From positions 1 through 43,388 of the forward strand of contig JBDTNU010000001.1 of assembly GCA_039933535.1 (NCBI GenBank): a stretch of 43,388 bases of DNA, in the 5' to 3' direction. Below are positions 1 through 8,602 of the stretch, one piece after another (within the stretch, counting starts at the first letter, position 1; every line of letters starts with the position of its first letter). The position numbers and the translations under genes were made by a program. The notes beneath the pieces were generated by a model, which was given only the letters and a program-made list of their open reading frames with translations, was not told the origin of the DNA and searched no databases. This DNA is from Caldimonas sp. Lineage in GTDB: Bacteria > Pseudomonadota > Gammaproteobacteria > Burkholderiales > Burkholderiaceae_C.

Positions 1-1090
1 CCGCCAGGGCGTGATGGTCAACAAGGTGAAGAAGCGCCGCATGAGCGGCGGCAAGTCCATCAAGCAGAAGGACATCGCCATCTTCACCCGCCAGCTCTCG
101 ACCATGATGCGCGCGGGCGTTCCGCTGATCCAGTCCTTCGACATTGTCGCCCGCGGCAGCACGAACGCGCGCATGACGCGCTTGCTCGTCGATATCCGCT
201 CCGACGTCGAGACCGGCACCAGCCTGTCAGCGGCCTTCAGAAAGCACCCGCTCTACTTCGACGCGCTCTACTGCAACCTGGTCGAGGCCGGCGAAGCCGG
301 CGGTATCCTGGAAACCTTGCTCGATCGACTCGCCGTCTACCAGGAAAAGACGATGGCGATCAAGAACAAGATCAAGTCGGCGCTGATCTATCCGATCGCC
401 GTGGTCTCGGTCGCATTCATCGTGCTTGCCGTCATCATGATCTTCGTCATCCCGGCGTTCGAGGACGTGTTCAAGAACTTCGGCGCCACGCTACCGGCAC
501 CGACGCTCTTCGTCATCGCCGTGTCGAAGATCTTCGTCGCCTACTGGTACCTGATCTTCGGCCTGGGTGGCGGCGGCATCTACTTCTTCATGCAGTCTTG
601 GAAGCGCTCGATCAAGATGCAGAAGTACATGGACCGGCTGCTCCTCAAGGTGCCGGTCTTCGGCGATCTCATCAACAAATCGTCGATCGCGCGCTGGACG
701 CGTACCTTGTCGACGATGTTCGCCGCCGGCGTGCCGCTGGTCGAGGCGCTCGATTCGGTCGGTGGCGCTGCCGGCAACGCCGTCTTTGCCGAGGCGACCG
801 AGAAGATCCAGAAGGACGTCTCGACCGGCTCCGCCCTCACCACCTCCATGCAGGCGACCGGCGTGTTCCCGGTGATGGTGCTGCAGATGTGCGCGATCGG
901 CGAGGAATCGGGTTCGCTCGACGCCATGCTCGGCAAGGCCGCCGAGTTCTACGAAGACGAGGTCGATGAAGCCGTCAAGGGCCTTTCGAGCCTGATGGAG
1001 CCGTTCATCATCGTCATCCTCGGCACGCTCATCGGCGGCATCGTTGTCTCGATGTACCTCCCGATCTTCAAGCTGGGCCAGGTGGTCTGA
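1..1090 (+). CDS. pilC: Type IV pilus inner-membrane platform protein PilC (GspF family), 5'-truncated by the window
   Basis: Frame open from position 2; two GspF-type repeats (FTRQLSTMMRAGVPL; TRTLSTMFAAGVPL), EAGEAGG/GEESGSLD motifs, C-terminal MYLPIFKLG; upstream of pilD-coaE. Confidence 0.95.
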   Translation, partial: RQGVMVNKVKKRRMSGGKSIKQKDIAIFTRQLSTMMRAGVPLIQSFDIVARGSTNARMTRLLVDIRSDVETGTSLSAAFRKHPLYFDALYCNLVEAGEAGGILETLLDRLAVYQEKTMAIKNKIKSALIYPIAVVSVAFIVLAVIMIFVIPAFEDVFKNFGATLPAPTLFVIAVSKIFVAYWYLIFGLGGGGIYFFMQSWKRSIKMQKYMDRLLLKVPVFGDLINKSSIARWTRTLSTMFAAGVPLVEALDSVGGAAGNAVFAEATEKIQKDVSTGSALTTSMQATGVFPVMVLQMCAIGEESGSLDAMLGKAAEFYEDEVDEAVKGLSSLMEPFIIVILGTLIGGIVVSMYLPIFKLGQVV

Positions 1091-1109
1091 AGTCGATTTC
1101 AGACCCTAG

Positions 1110-1958
1110 ATGCTCGTCACCGAGTTCCTGCTTTCACCCTGGTCCCTGGCCGTTCTCGGCCTTTGCATCGGCAGCTTTCTGAATGTCGTCGTCCACCGCC
1201 TCCCGCTGATGCTGGAGCGCGGCTGGAAGCAGGAAAGCGCCGAGTTGCTCGGCCTGGAAGTCCGCGACACGCCGACCCTTACGCTGTCGACACCGCGTTC
1301 GCGTTGCCCTTCGTGCGGCCACGCCATCACCTGGTACGAGAACATCCCGCTGGCGAGCTGGCTCTGGCTGCATGGGCGCTGCTCGGCCTGCAAGACGCGG
1401 ATCTCGGCGCGCTATCCCGTCGTCGAGGTCGCGACCGGCCTGCTCTTCGCATTCATCGGCTGGCACTTTGGCGCGCAACCTGTCGTGCTGCTCTGGTGTG
1501 GCCTCGTGGCCACTCTCATGGCACTGGCATTCATCGACCTCGACACCCAGTTCCTGCCCGATATCCTGACCCTGCCTCTGATGTGGGCCGGCATCATCGC
1601 CGCAGCGCGCGGCTGGATTCCGGTGACGCTGGAAGCGTCGGTTGGCGGCGCGGTGTGCGGCTATCTTTCGCTCTGGCTCGTGGCCAATGCCTTTCGGATC
1701 GTTCGCGGCAAGGAAGGCATGGGCGCGGGCGATTTCAAATTGCTCGCGGCGCTGGGCGCCTGGATGGGCTGGCAGATGATCCCGCTGATCGTCCTGCTGT
1801 CCTCGGTTGTCGGCGCCCTGGTCGGCATTTCCTTGATCCTGTTCCGCAGCCACGGCCGGGACGTGCCGATCCCGTTCGGACCGTATCTCGCCGGCGGCGG
1901 CGTCGCTGCGCTGTTCTTCGGTGATCAGTTGATGCGACTGTGGATGCCGCGGCTCTGA
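1110..1958 (+). CDS. pilD: Prepilin peptidase / N-methyltransferase PilD
   Basis: GSFLNVVVHRLP, Zn-binding CPSC...CSAC, aspartic motifs FIDLD and GMGAGDFKL, IPFGPYLA. Confidence 0.96.
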   Translation: MLVTEFLLSPWSLAVLGLCIGSFLNVVVHRLPLMLERGWKQESAELLGLEVRDTPTLTLSTPRSRCPSCGHAITWYENIPLASWLWLHGRCSACKTRISARYPVVEVATGLLFAFIGWHFGAQPVVLLWCGLVATLMALAFIDLDTQFLPDILTLPLMWAGIIAAARGWIPVTLEASVGGAVCGYLSLWLVANAFRIVRGKEGMGAGDFKLLAALGAWMGWQMIPLIVLLSSVVGALVGISLILFRSHGRDVPIPFGPYLAGGGVAALFFGDQLMRLWMPRL

Positions 1959-2554
1959 GGCTTCGCGTCGGCCTCACGGGCGGCATCGGCAGCGGCAAGA
2001 GCACCGTCGCGGCGCGACTGGTGCGGCATGGCGCCGATCTCATCGATACCGACGCGATCGCGCGCACGCTGACGCTCGCCGGCGGCAGCGCCATCGACGC
2101 GATTCGTTCCGCCTTCGGTCCGGTGTTCATCGCCGCCGACGGTTCCCTCGATCGCGCACGCATGCGCGAGGCCGCGTTCGCCGATGTCGGCGCCAGGCAG
2201 CGCCTGGAAGCCATACTGCATCCGCTCATCGGCGCCGAGGTCGAGCGTCGAGCCGCGACGTCGAGCTCGCTGGTGACGATCCTCGACATCCCCCTGCTCG
2301 TGGAATCGGGGCGCTGGCGTAGCCGGGTCGATCGGGTCTGGCTCGTCGATTGCGCCGAGGCCTTGCAGGTCGAGCGCGTCATGACGCGGTCCGGCTGGAC
2401 CGAGAGCGCCGTGCGCGCTGTCGTTGCTCAACAGGCGAGCCGGGCGGAACGGCGTGCTGCGGCCGATGCGGTCATCGACAACGACGGCATCGGCATCGAA
2501 GAACTCGGGCTAGAGGTCGATACGCTCTGGCGTCAGGCCATCGCCTTGGCTTGA
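1940..2554 (+). CDS. coaE: Dephospho-CoA kinase
   Basis: VGLTGGIGSGKST P-loop, LEAILHPLI, DIPLLVE, ADAVIDN; conserved pilD-coaE synteny; exact start uncertain (overlaps pilD end). Confidence 0.95.
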   Translation: MDAAALRLRVGLTGGIGSGKSTVAARLVRHGADLIDTDAIARTLTLAGGSAIDAIRSAFGPVFIAADGSLDRARMREAAFADVGARQRLEAILHPLIGAEVERRAATSSSLVTILDIPLLVESGRWRSRVDRVWLVDCAEALQVERVMTRSGWTESAVRAVVAQQASRAERRAAADAVIDNDGIGIEELGLEVDTLWRQAIALA

Positions 2555-2660
2555 AACGCCATCCGATGCAGAGGTCACGAATCGCTGTGAAACAATTGCG
2601 GCGAACAGCGTTGCCAGGCCCTGCCCGCAATGCCCAAGTTGACCTATCCCCGATCCCGCT

Positions 2661-3416
2661 TTGATCCTCTACGAGTACCCGTTCAACGAGAGCATCCGCA
2701 CCATGCTGCGGCTCGAGCACCTGTTCGATCGGCTCGGCCAGCTGATCGAGCGCGACGCGCCGGTCGATCACCACCACGCGCTGGCGACGATCTTCGAGAT
2801 CATGGACGTTGGCTCGCGCGCCGACCTGAAATCCGACCTCCTGAAGGAGCTCGACAAGCACCGGCAGCAACTGGCCGCCTACCGCGGCAATCCCGGGGTT
2901 TCGGAAAGCGTGCTCGACGAGACGATCGGCCGCATCGACGGTGCCTTCGGGCGCCTCAACCAGGTGTCGGGCAAGGCGGGCGCGGCGCTCGCCAGCAACG
3001 AGTGGTTGATGAGCATCAGAAGCCGCATCAGCATCCCGGGCGGCACCTGCGAGTTCGATCTGCCGGCTTACTACGCGTGGCAGCAGCTCGCCCCGAACCG
3101 GCGCCGCGCCGACCTTCTCCAGTGGGTCGGCACCTTGATGCCGCTGGCCGAAGCCTTGCAGGTCCTGCTCGGCCTGTTGCGCGATTCCGGCGCGCCGCAC
3201 AAGGTGATGGCGATCGGCGGACAGTATTCGCAAAGCCTCGTCGCCGGCCGCGTCTTTCAACTGATGCGGGTGCGCCTCGAAACCGGCGCCGAGCTCGTTC
3301 CCGAGATCAGCGGGCATCGCCTGATGGTGCAGGTACGCCTGATGCGCCAGGAACCCGACGGCCGGCTGCGGCCGAGCACGGGCGACACGGGCTTCGAGCT
3401 CACGCTCTGCGCCTGA
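2661..3416 (+). CDS. zapD: Cell division protein ZapD
   Basis: MILYEYPFNESIRTMLRLE N-terminus, IPGGTCEFDLP, PEISGHR; TTG start; coaE-zapD-yacG synteny. Confidence 0.94.
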   Translation: MILYEYPFNESIRTMLRLEHLFDRLGQLIERDAPVDHHHALATIFEIMDVGSRADLKSDLLKELDKHRQQLAAYRGNPGVSESVLDETIGRIDGAFGRLNQVSGKAGAALASNEWLMSIRSRISIPGGTCEFDLPAYYAWQQLAPNRRRADLLQWVGTLMPLAEALQVLLGLLRDSGAPHKVMAIGGQYSQSLVAGRVFQLMRVRLETGAELVPEISGHRLMVQVRLMRQEPDGRLRPSTGDTGFELTLCA

Positions 3417-3426
3417 GGAACACGCG

Positions 3427-3648
3427 ATGGACGAGCCGCGTGGCAAGGGCGAGCCACCGATCCACCGGATCGTTCGCTGCCCGGGCTGCGGCGGCGACAG
3501 CGTCTACGACGCATCGAACCCGTATCGACCGTTCTGCGGCGAGCGCTGCCGCAATGCCGACCTCGGTGCCTGGGCTTCGGAAGGCTATCGCGTTCCCGCC
3601 CCGCCCTCGGGGCAGGACCGCGACGACAGCGAGCTCCCCGACACCTGA
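3427..3648 (+). CDS. yacG: DNA gyrase inhibitor YacG
   Basis: CPGC...YRPFCGERC...DLGAWASEGYRVP zinc-finger signature; follows zapD. Confidence 0.93.
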   Translation: MDEPRGKGEPPIHRIVRCPGCGGDSVYDASNPYRPFCGERCRNADLGAWASEGYRVPAPPSGQDRDDSELPDT

Positions 3649-3674
3649 GCGGGGAAGCGTCGCAAGAGAAGAGC

Positions 3675-5465
3675 TCAGCCTTCGAGCGACTTCAGAAGCT
3701 CGGCAAGGTCGGGATCCATCTCCTCGTCCGAGGCGACGGCTTCTTCGGTCGGCGCAGCGTCGTCGCTCGGCGCCGGTGTGCCGCTACCGTCATCGCCCAG
3801 GCTGGCGAGCAGATCGTCCAGGCTGGTGTCGTCCGAGCTCGAACTCGACGTGTCGGCATCGGCGCTCGCCGCGTCATCCGTGACCTCTTCGGTAGCTTCA
3901 TCGTCGCTCGCCGCGGCCTTGGCCCTGCCGCTCCTGGCCGGCTTCTCGGCATCGGGATCGGGCATCTTGCCTTGCAGCGAGGTCGTGAACGACATTCGTT
4001 GCGCCGGCTTGGCCATGCCCGACAGCGAGATCGCATTGCCGTTCACGGTGTCGAGGCCGGCGATGCGCAGCTCGGGCTGGCCCTTGTGCGCCATCAAGGC
4101 GTCGATGCCGACCCGGCGCAGCATCTCGGCCGACGCCATATTGATGAGCCGCTCCGTCGTCGGCAGTGCCACCTGGTCGCCGTCGCCGTCGACGACATAG
4201 TGAAACGGCAGGTCGCCGATCGACAGCGTGCTGCCGGACGGCGCGGCGAGCAGCGCGGCCGCAAGCAGCGCTGGATGACCCCACAGCATGCCGCGCATAC
4301 CTTCTTCGGGAGTGAACTCCTCGAACGCGAAGGCGCTGATCGGATCGCTCTTCTTGCCGTAGGGATGACGGAGCATGAAGCGCGGCGAGAGCAGGGCCAG
4401 GTGCGAAGCTTCGGGCAGGTCGCGCAAGGCCTCGAGCGCCTGTGCCATCAGGGCGTGAGGAGGGTTTCGGCGATCGGTGAAGGCCTCGCTGCTGATCGAG
4501 GTGATGAAGGGCGCACCCGCGCAGGCGGCGATCTTGGCCATGCGACCGAGCAACTCGGCGTGTGGCGGCGTCGGCTCGAACTGATACAGGCCGAGGATCA
4601 GGGAAACGCCACCGGCCTTGTCCTGCGAAGGCTTGTCGACCAGCATCGAATACAGGCCCGTCTCGGTGAGATCGCTCGCGCCGCTCAGGTCGGCCGCGAA
4701 TTCTTCGGCCGAAACGTCGACGAGCAGCACTTGCAGCGACGGACCCGTCTCGACTCGCCTGAGCACCATGTCCATGCCGCGCCAGAGCGCCTCGAGGTTC
4801 TGGAATTCGGCTTGATGAAGGACCGTGCGCATCGCGTCGGACAGGGCGCTGTCGACGGTGGCCACCAGCGCATCGCGCTTCGGGTCGGGTGCCTTGGTGA
4901 CGAAGGGACCCAGGATCCGCTTGAGCAACGCGTCGACGGGTGCATCGACGTTGACCTCCGGCGCGATGCCGACCAAGCGTGCGAAGTCGGAAAGCTTGGC
5001 GTCCGCCGCAGGAGCGCCGCTCTTCGACCGGCGCCGGCCGCTGCGCGACGCGCGACGCAGTGGCCCGTACATGGCCTGCACCTCGGCCGCGGCCTTCGCG
5101 AAAGTTGCGGTGTTGTTGAGACGCTTCCTCAGGTCGGCAAGCGCCTTGAACATCGGCAGGTCACGGTACAGCGTGTCGGGATGGAAACTGTCGAGGTCGC
5201 CGAACTCGACCTCGACGCCGTCGCCGCCTTCGCCGATCGGCAGGGCCAGCTTGACCTCCAGGCGCGCGAGCGTGTCTTCGAGCGTGTCGAACTCGACCGC
5301 GATCATCTTGCGGCGCGCCAGGTCGTCGCCGGTCTCAAGGCGTCCGGCGGCGGCGCCGGCGCTGAAGTCGCCGAACACCGCGATGCGCACCGGGCGCTTG
5401 GCCGCCCAGGGTGGCGGCGCGGCGTCGAGCGTGCCGAAGTCGGGAGTCCAGTCGTCGTCGCTCAT
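3675..5465 (-). CDS. Atypical T6SS sheath-like protein: TssB-like N-terminus fused to a truncated TssC-like domain, with an acidic disordered tail
   Basis: N-terminal RIAVFGDFS...VEFDTLEDTL...VEFGDLDSFHPD aligns by eye with TssB (VMADLSG...IDVDNFDARM...ITFESMDDFSP); VLHQAEFQNLEALWRGM, APFIT, PRFMLRHPYGKKSDPISAFAFEE align with TssC (IIHHEDFQKLESAWRGL, APFIT, PRFLARLPYGAKTSPVDEFDFEE). Confidence 0.8.
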   Translation of the reverse strand: MSDDDWTPDFGTLDAAPPPWAAKRPVRIAVFGDFSAGAAAGRLETGDDLARRKMIAVEFDTLEDTLARLEVKLALPIGEGGDGVEVEFGDLDSFHPDTLYRDLPMFKALADLRKRLNNTATFAKAAAEVQAMYGPLRRASRSGRRRSKSGAPAADAKLSDFARLVGIAPEVNVDAPVDALLKRILGPFVTKAPDPKRDALVATVDSALSDAMRTVLHQAEFQNLEALWRGMDMVLRRVETGPSLQVLLVDVSAEEFAADLSGASDLTETGLYSMLVDKPSQDKAGGVSLILGLYQFEPTPPHAELLGRMAKIAACAGAPFITSISSEAFTDRRNPPHALMAQALEALRDLPEASHLALLSPRFMLRHPYGKKSDPISAFAFEEFTPEEGMRGMLWGHPALLAAALLAAPSGSTLSIGDLPFHYVVDGDGDQVALPTTERLINMASAEMLRRVGIDALMAHKGQPELRIAGLDTVNGNAISLSGMAKPAQRMSFTTSLQGKMPDPDAEKPARSGRAKAAASDDEATEEVTDDAASADADTSSSSSDDTSLDDLLASLGDDGSGTPAPSDDAAPTEEAVASDEEMDPDLAELLKSLEG

Positions 5466-5501
5466 GTGTGCTCCTGGTGCCGCGCTCGCTTGCGAGCCGC
5501 G

Positions 5502-7394
5502 TCAGTTGATCTCTTCAGCCGTGAACAGTCCCGCGCCGTAGTCGTCGGTACAGGGCTGCTGGCAGACGGGCCGGCCCGCAAAGATCGACGCACTGCTGCC
5601 CTGTGTCTTGGCTGCCGCGCTCGCCTCGTCGGCGGTGGTCTGGGCAAAGCCATCCTTCATCTTGAGACCGAGTCCCGAGAAATCGCGTGGGAACTTCGAG
5701 ACGATCGCAATCAGGTGATCGATGCCCGCGGGCCCGCCGACGCCGATGTCCCAATTGCCCTTGCCCGGCGGCAGCGACAAGGTCGTCTCGGCGCGGATCT
5801 GGTTGTTCTTCGACTCGGCGTTCGGGAACAACTGGATGATCGCGCCGTCGGTGCCGTGCATCAGCACGTAGAGGTGACCCGCCTTCTCGGTCTTCACCTT
5901 GAAGGTCATCTTGTCCTTGTTGATCCGGAGTTGCGGCTTGTCGGCGGCCGCCTCGACCTTGTAGTCGGGCGACTGCGCCGCCGCGACGCGCTCGAACTCG
6001 TGCGCCGGATCGAACGGACCGACCGCGGCGGCCTGCATCGGAACGGCTCGCTCCGCCGGTGCTGCCGGCGTCGTGACGGCCGGCGAAGCCGTTTCCGCCG
6101 ACGCCGGGGCGGCCGGCGTTGCGGCAGCGATCACGGCAGGCATCGTGGCGGGCGTCGCCGCGGTCGTCGGAGCAGCAGACTTGCCTCCGAGGAATGCATA
6201 CAGGCCGCCAGCGACGGCGAGCACGAGGATCACGCCAATACCTGCGAATATGCCAGTGCGGCTCTTGCGCGCAACAGCCGCTCCGGCGGGCAGGCCGCCA
6301 GCGATGGTGCTCGGCGACCGGCTGCGCCGTTCGGTCTTGGCCGGGTCCGGATCGCTTGCGGCCATGCCGAGGTCGCGGCGCAGGTCGTCGATCGATTGGG
6401 TCCGCTGCTCCGGCTTGACGATGAGCGCGCGATCCATCGCCGCAAGAAATCCGGGGCTGTAGCGACCCGCGCCGGCCTGCGTCATCGGCACGTAGTTGTC
6501 GTTCATGAGCCGGCCGACCGAGGTCGGCGGCGTCTTGCCCGTGATCGCGTAGTAGACAACCGCGGCGAGCGCGTACACGTCGGTCCACGGGCCCTGCTTC
6601 ATGCCCGGCACTTCTGCGTACTGCTCGACCGGTGCGTAGCCCGGCTTCAGGATCACCGTGAGCGCCTGCGTCATGTCGCCGATGACGCGCCGTGCCGCGC
6701 CGAAGTCGAGCAGCAGTGGCCGGTTGCTGCCCTTGAGCAGGATCACGTTGTCGGGGGCGATGTCACGGTGGAAACATTGCTCGGTGTGGATCACCGCGAG
6801 CGCCTCGGTGAGCGGCTCCAGCAATTCGCGCAGCCAGTCTTCGTCGGGCGGCGCACCCATCGCCTTCAGCTCGTCCTTGAGCGTGACCCCCTCGTAGAAC
6901 GGCATCACCATGTAGGCCGTGCCGTTCGCCTCCCAGAACCGGTAGACCTTGACCAGCGACGGATGGTCGAACTGGGCCAGCAACCGCGCTTCATTGACGA
7001 AGCTCTTCAGGCCGGCCTCGAAAGTCTCGCGGTGCCGCTCGGACTTCACCGAAACCTGGGTGCCTCCCACGCGCTGGGCCAGCGACGAAGGCATGTATTC
7101 CTTCAGCGCGACGCGCCGGCCGAGCGAATGATCCTCGGCCAGATAGACGATGCCGAAGCCGCCTTCGCCGAGCATCTTCGTGATCTCGAACTCGCCGAGA
7201 TAAAAACCCACCGGGAGATGGTTGCCGCCGTCGTTCGAAGGGGCGCGCGCGGGACGCGGCCGGATCACCGTCGCGTCCCCGTCGGGGGAAAAGGGCTCCG
7301 GCGGCGGTGCGATTTCCGTGCGCGGCGGGGCAGCCTGCGTCTTTGGCGATTGCGGCGGCAGGATGCGGGTGGGCTGATCGTCGTCGTTGCTCAT
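5502..7394 (-). CDS. ppkA: T6SS Ser/Thr protein kinase PpkA-like (kinase, one TM helix, Ala/Pro linker, probable DUF4384 periplasmic domain)
   Basis: LGEGGFGIVY, VALKEY, HRDIAPDN, DFG, YAPVEQ, DVYAL kinase motifs; hydrophobic segment GIFAGIGVILVLAVAGGLYAFL; C-terminal GHLYVL..G.IIQLFPN typical of DUF4384; ATG at 7394 just after the tagF stop. Confidence 0.88.
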   Translation of the reverse strand: MSNDDDQPTRILPPQSPKTQAAPPRTEIAPPPEPFSPDGDATVIRPRPARAPSNDGGNHLPVGFYLGEFEITKMLGEGGFGIVYLAEDHSLGRRVALKEYMPSSLAQRVGGTQVSVKSERHRETFEAGLKSFVNEARLLAQFDHPSLVKVYRFWEANGTAYMVMPFYEGVTLKDELKAMGAPPDEDWLRELLEPLTEALAVIHTEQCFHRDIAPDNVILLKGSNRPLLLDFGAARRVIGDMTQALTVILKPGYAPVEQYAEVPGMKQGPWTDVYALAAVVYYAITGKTPPTSVGRLMNDNYVPMTQAGAGRYSPGFLAAMDRALIVKPEQRTQSIDDLRRDLGMAASDPDPAKTERRSRSPSTIAGGLPAGAAVARKSRTGIFAGIGVILVLAVAGGLYAFLGGKSAAPTTAATPATMPAVIAAATPAAPASAETASPAVTTPAAPAERAVPMQAAAVGPFDPAHEFERVAAAQSPDYKVEAAADKPQLRINKDKMTFKVKTEKAGHLYVLMHGTDGAIIQLFPNAESKNNQIRAETTLSLPPGKGNWDIGVGGPAGIDHLIAIVSKFPRDFSGLGLKMKDGFAQTTADEASAAAKTQGSSASIFAGRPVCQQPCTDDYGAGLFTAEEIN

Positions 7395-7398
7395 CGGC

Positions 7399-8595
7399 TC
7401 ATCGGGCCTTGCCGGTGTCCGGCTCCGCGGGCGGTCCGCCGAACAGGTCGAGGATGTCCGACTTGTTCGGCTGGGCATGTCCCTGTTCTGGCGATTCATG
7501 CGACGCCTGCGTCGAAGACAGGCCGGAAGGGGCCTCGAACATGGCAAGGATGTCGTCGTCCTTGGGTGGGCTCGGAGGCCCAGCGTCGAACGGCGCCGAG
7601 ACGTCACCGGCGCCGAAGAGGGCAAGGATGTCGTCGCCCTCGCGAGCCGGATCAGGGCGAGGGCTTGCAGCGCTGGCCGTCTCGGAAGAAGCCTGGAACA
7701 TCCCAAGCAGGTCGGTTTCTTCGGCCATCGCCCGACGTGCCGTGGCGGCGATGGGCGCGTCCAGGGCCTGCGGCAGGGTAGCCTGCGGATCTTCCTCGAA
7801 GGGCGCGGCACGCGCCGCGGCGCCCCGCATTGAGTCGCTGCCACCACCGAACATGCGCGCGAAGTCGTCGTGGCCGGGCAGGCCCTCGCTGACGAGCAGC
7901 CGCGACCGCGCCGGAGAGTCGTCGATCCAGAAGGCGATGCCGTGCAAGGCGGGCGCCGCAGCGATCGTGTATGCCAGCCCTGATTCAGGCGCGCGCGAGG
8001 AAAACACTGTCGCGAGCTCGGCGCGACTGGTGATCGAAGCGATGTCGACGAAACCGCCGCCGCCGGACACGGCCGCCGCAACCGCGCCGCGCACGGCGGC
8101 GAGACGATCGTCGGAAGAAGCCGCCGCTTCGTCGGTGGGCGGCGACAGGTCCGCGAGTGCGTGCTCGAGATCGTCGATGCTCCAGTCGCCCTGCAAGGCA
8201 TCGAGCGCCGTATCTTCGAGCCGATGCATCCAGCCGAGCAGCGAATCGAATTCGGCCGCGACTTCGGGAACGCGTGGGAGCGAAGCCGCGATCGTGAGCG
8301 GAAAGTAGCGGCCGACACGATCGACCGAGGGCACCAGCACGCCAGCGAAGGCACGCGTGGGTTCGACACCGGGTAGCACGCCCGGCGCGAGCAAGAAGCG
8401 CCACGGCGGGCTGTCCAGGTAGGCCTCGACCCAGGCGTCGCCGAGCGCCTGGCGTTGTACCTGCATTGCGTCGCCAAGCCACAGGTCCCAAGGCTCGATG
8501 AAGTCGGCCTCGAGCCGGCGCGAGGCGAAGTCGCCAAGCGTCGGCAGCTTGCCGTACCAACCCGGAATCTTCGCGACGTCGCTGGTGACGTTCAT
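7399..8595 (-). CDS. tagF: T6SS-associated post-translational repressor TagF with a long low-complexity C-terminal tail
   Basis: PGWYGKLPTLGDF, AYLDSPPWRF, GVLVPSVDRVGRYFPLT; lies between tssM and ppkA; ATG at 8595. Confidence 0.9.
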   Translation of the reverse strand: MNVTSDVAKIPGWYGKLPTLGDFASRRLEADFIEPWDLWLGDAMQVQRQALGDAWVEAYLDSPPWRFLLAPGVLPGVEPTRAFAGVLVPSVDRVGRYFPLTIAASLPRVPEVAAEFDSLLGWMHRLEDTALDALQGDWSIDDLEHALADLSPPTDEAAASSDDRLAAVRGAVAAAVSGGGGFVDIASITSRAELATVFSSRAPESGLAYTIAAAPALHGIAFWIDDSPARSRLLVSEGLPGHDDFARMFGGGSDSMRGAAARAAPFEEDPQATLPQALDAPIAATARRAMAEETDLLGMFQASSETASAASPRPDPAREGDDILALFGAGDVSAPFDAGPPSPPKDDDILAMFEAPSGLSSTQASHESPEQGHAQPNKSDILDLFGGPPAEPDTGKAR

Positions 8596-8602
8596 GGCCG
8601 CA

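Noticed and set aside
3972-7781. 1269-aa ORF on the + strand
   Set aside because: Antisense to the sheath fusion, ppkA and tagF; Arg-rich shadow translation
7395-8537. N-terminal extension making PpkA 1011 aa (possible TagF-PpkA fusion or frameshift)
   Set aside because: The extension is an off-frame read of tagF; tagF has its own stop at 7399 and ppkA has an ATG at 7394
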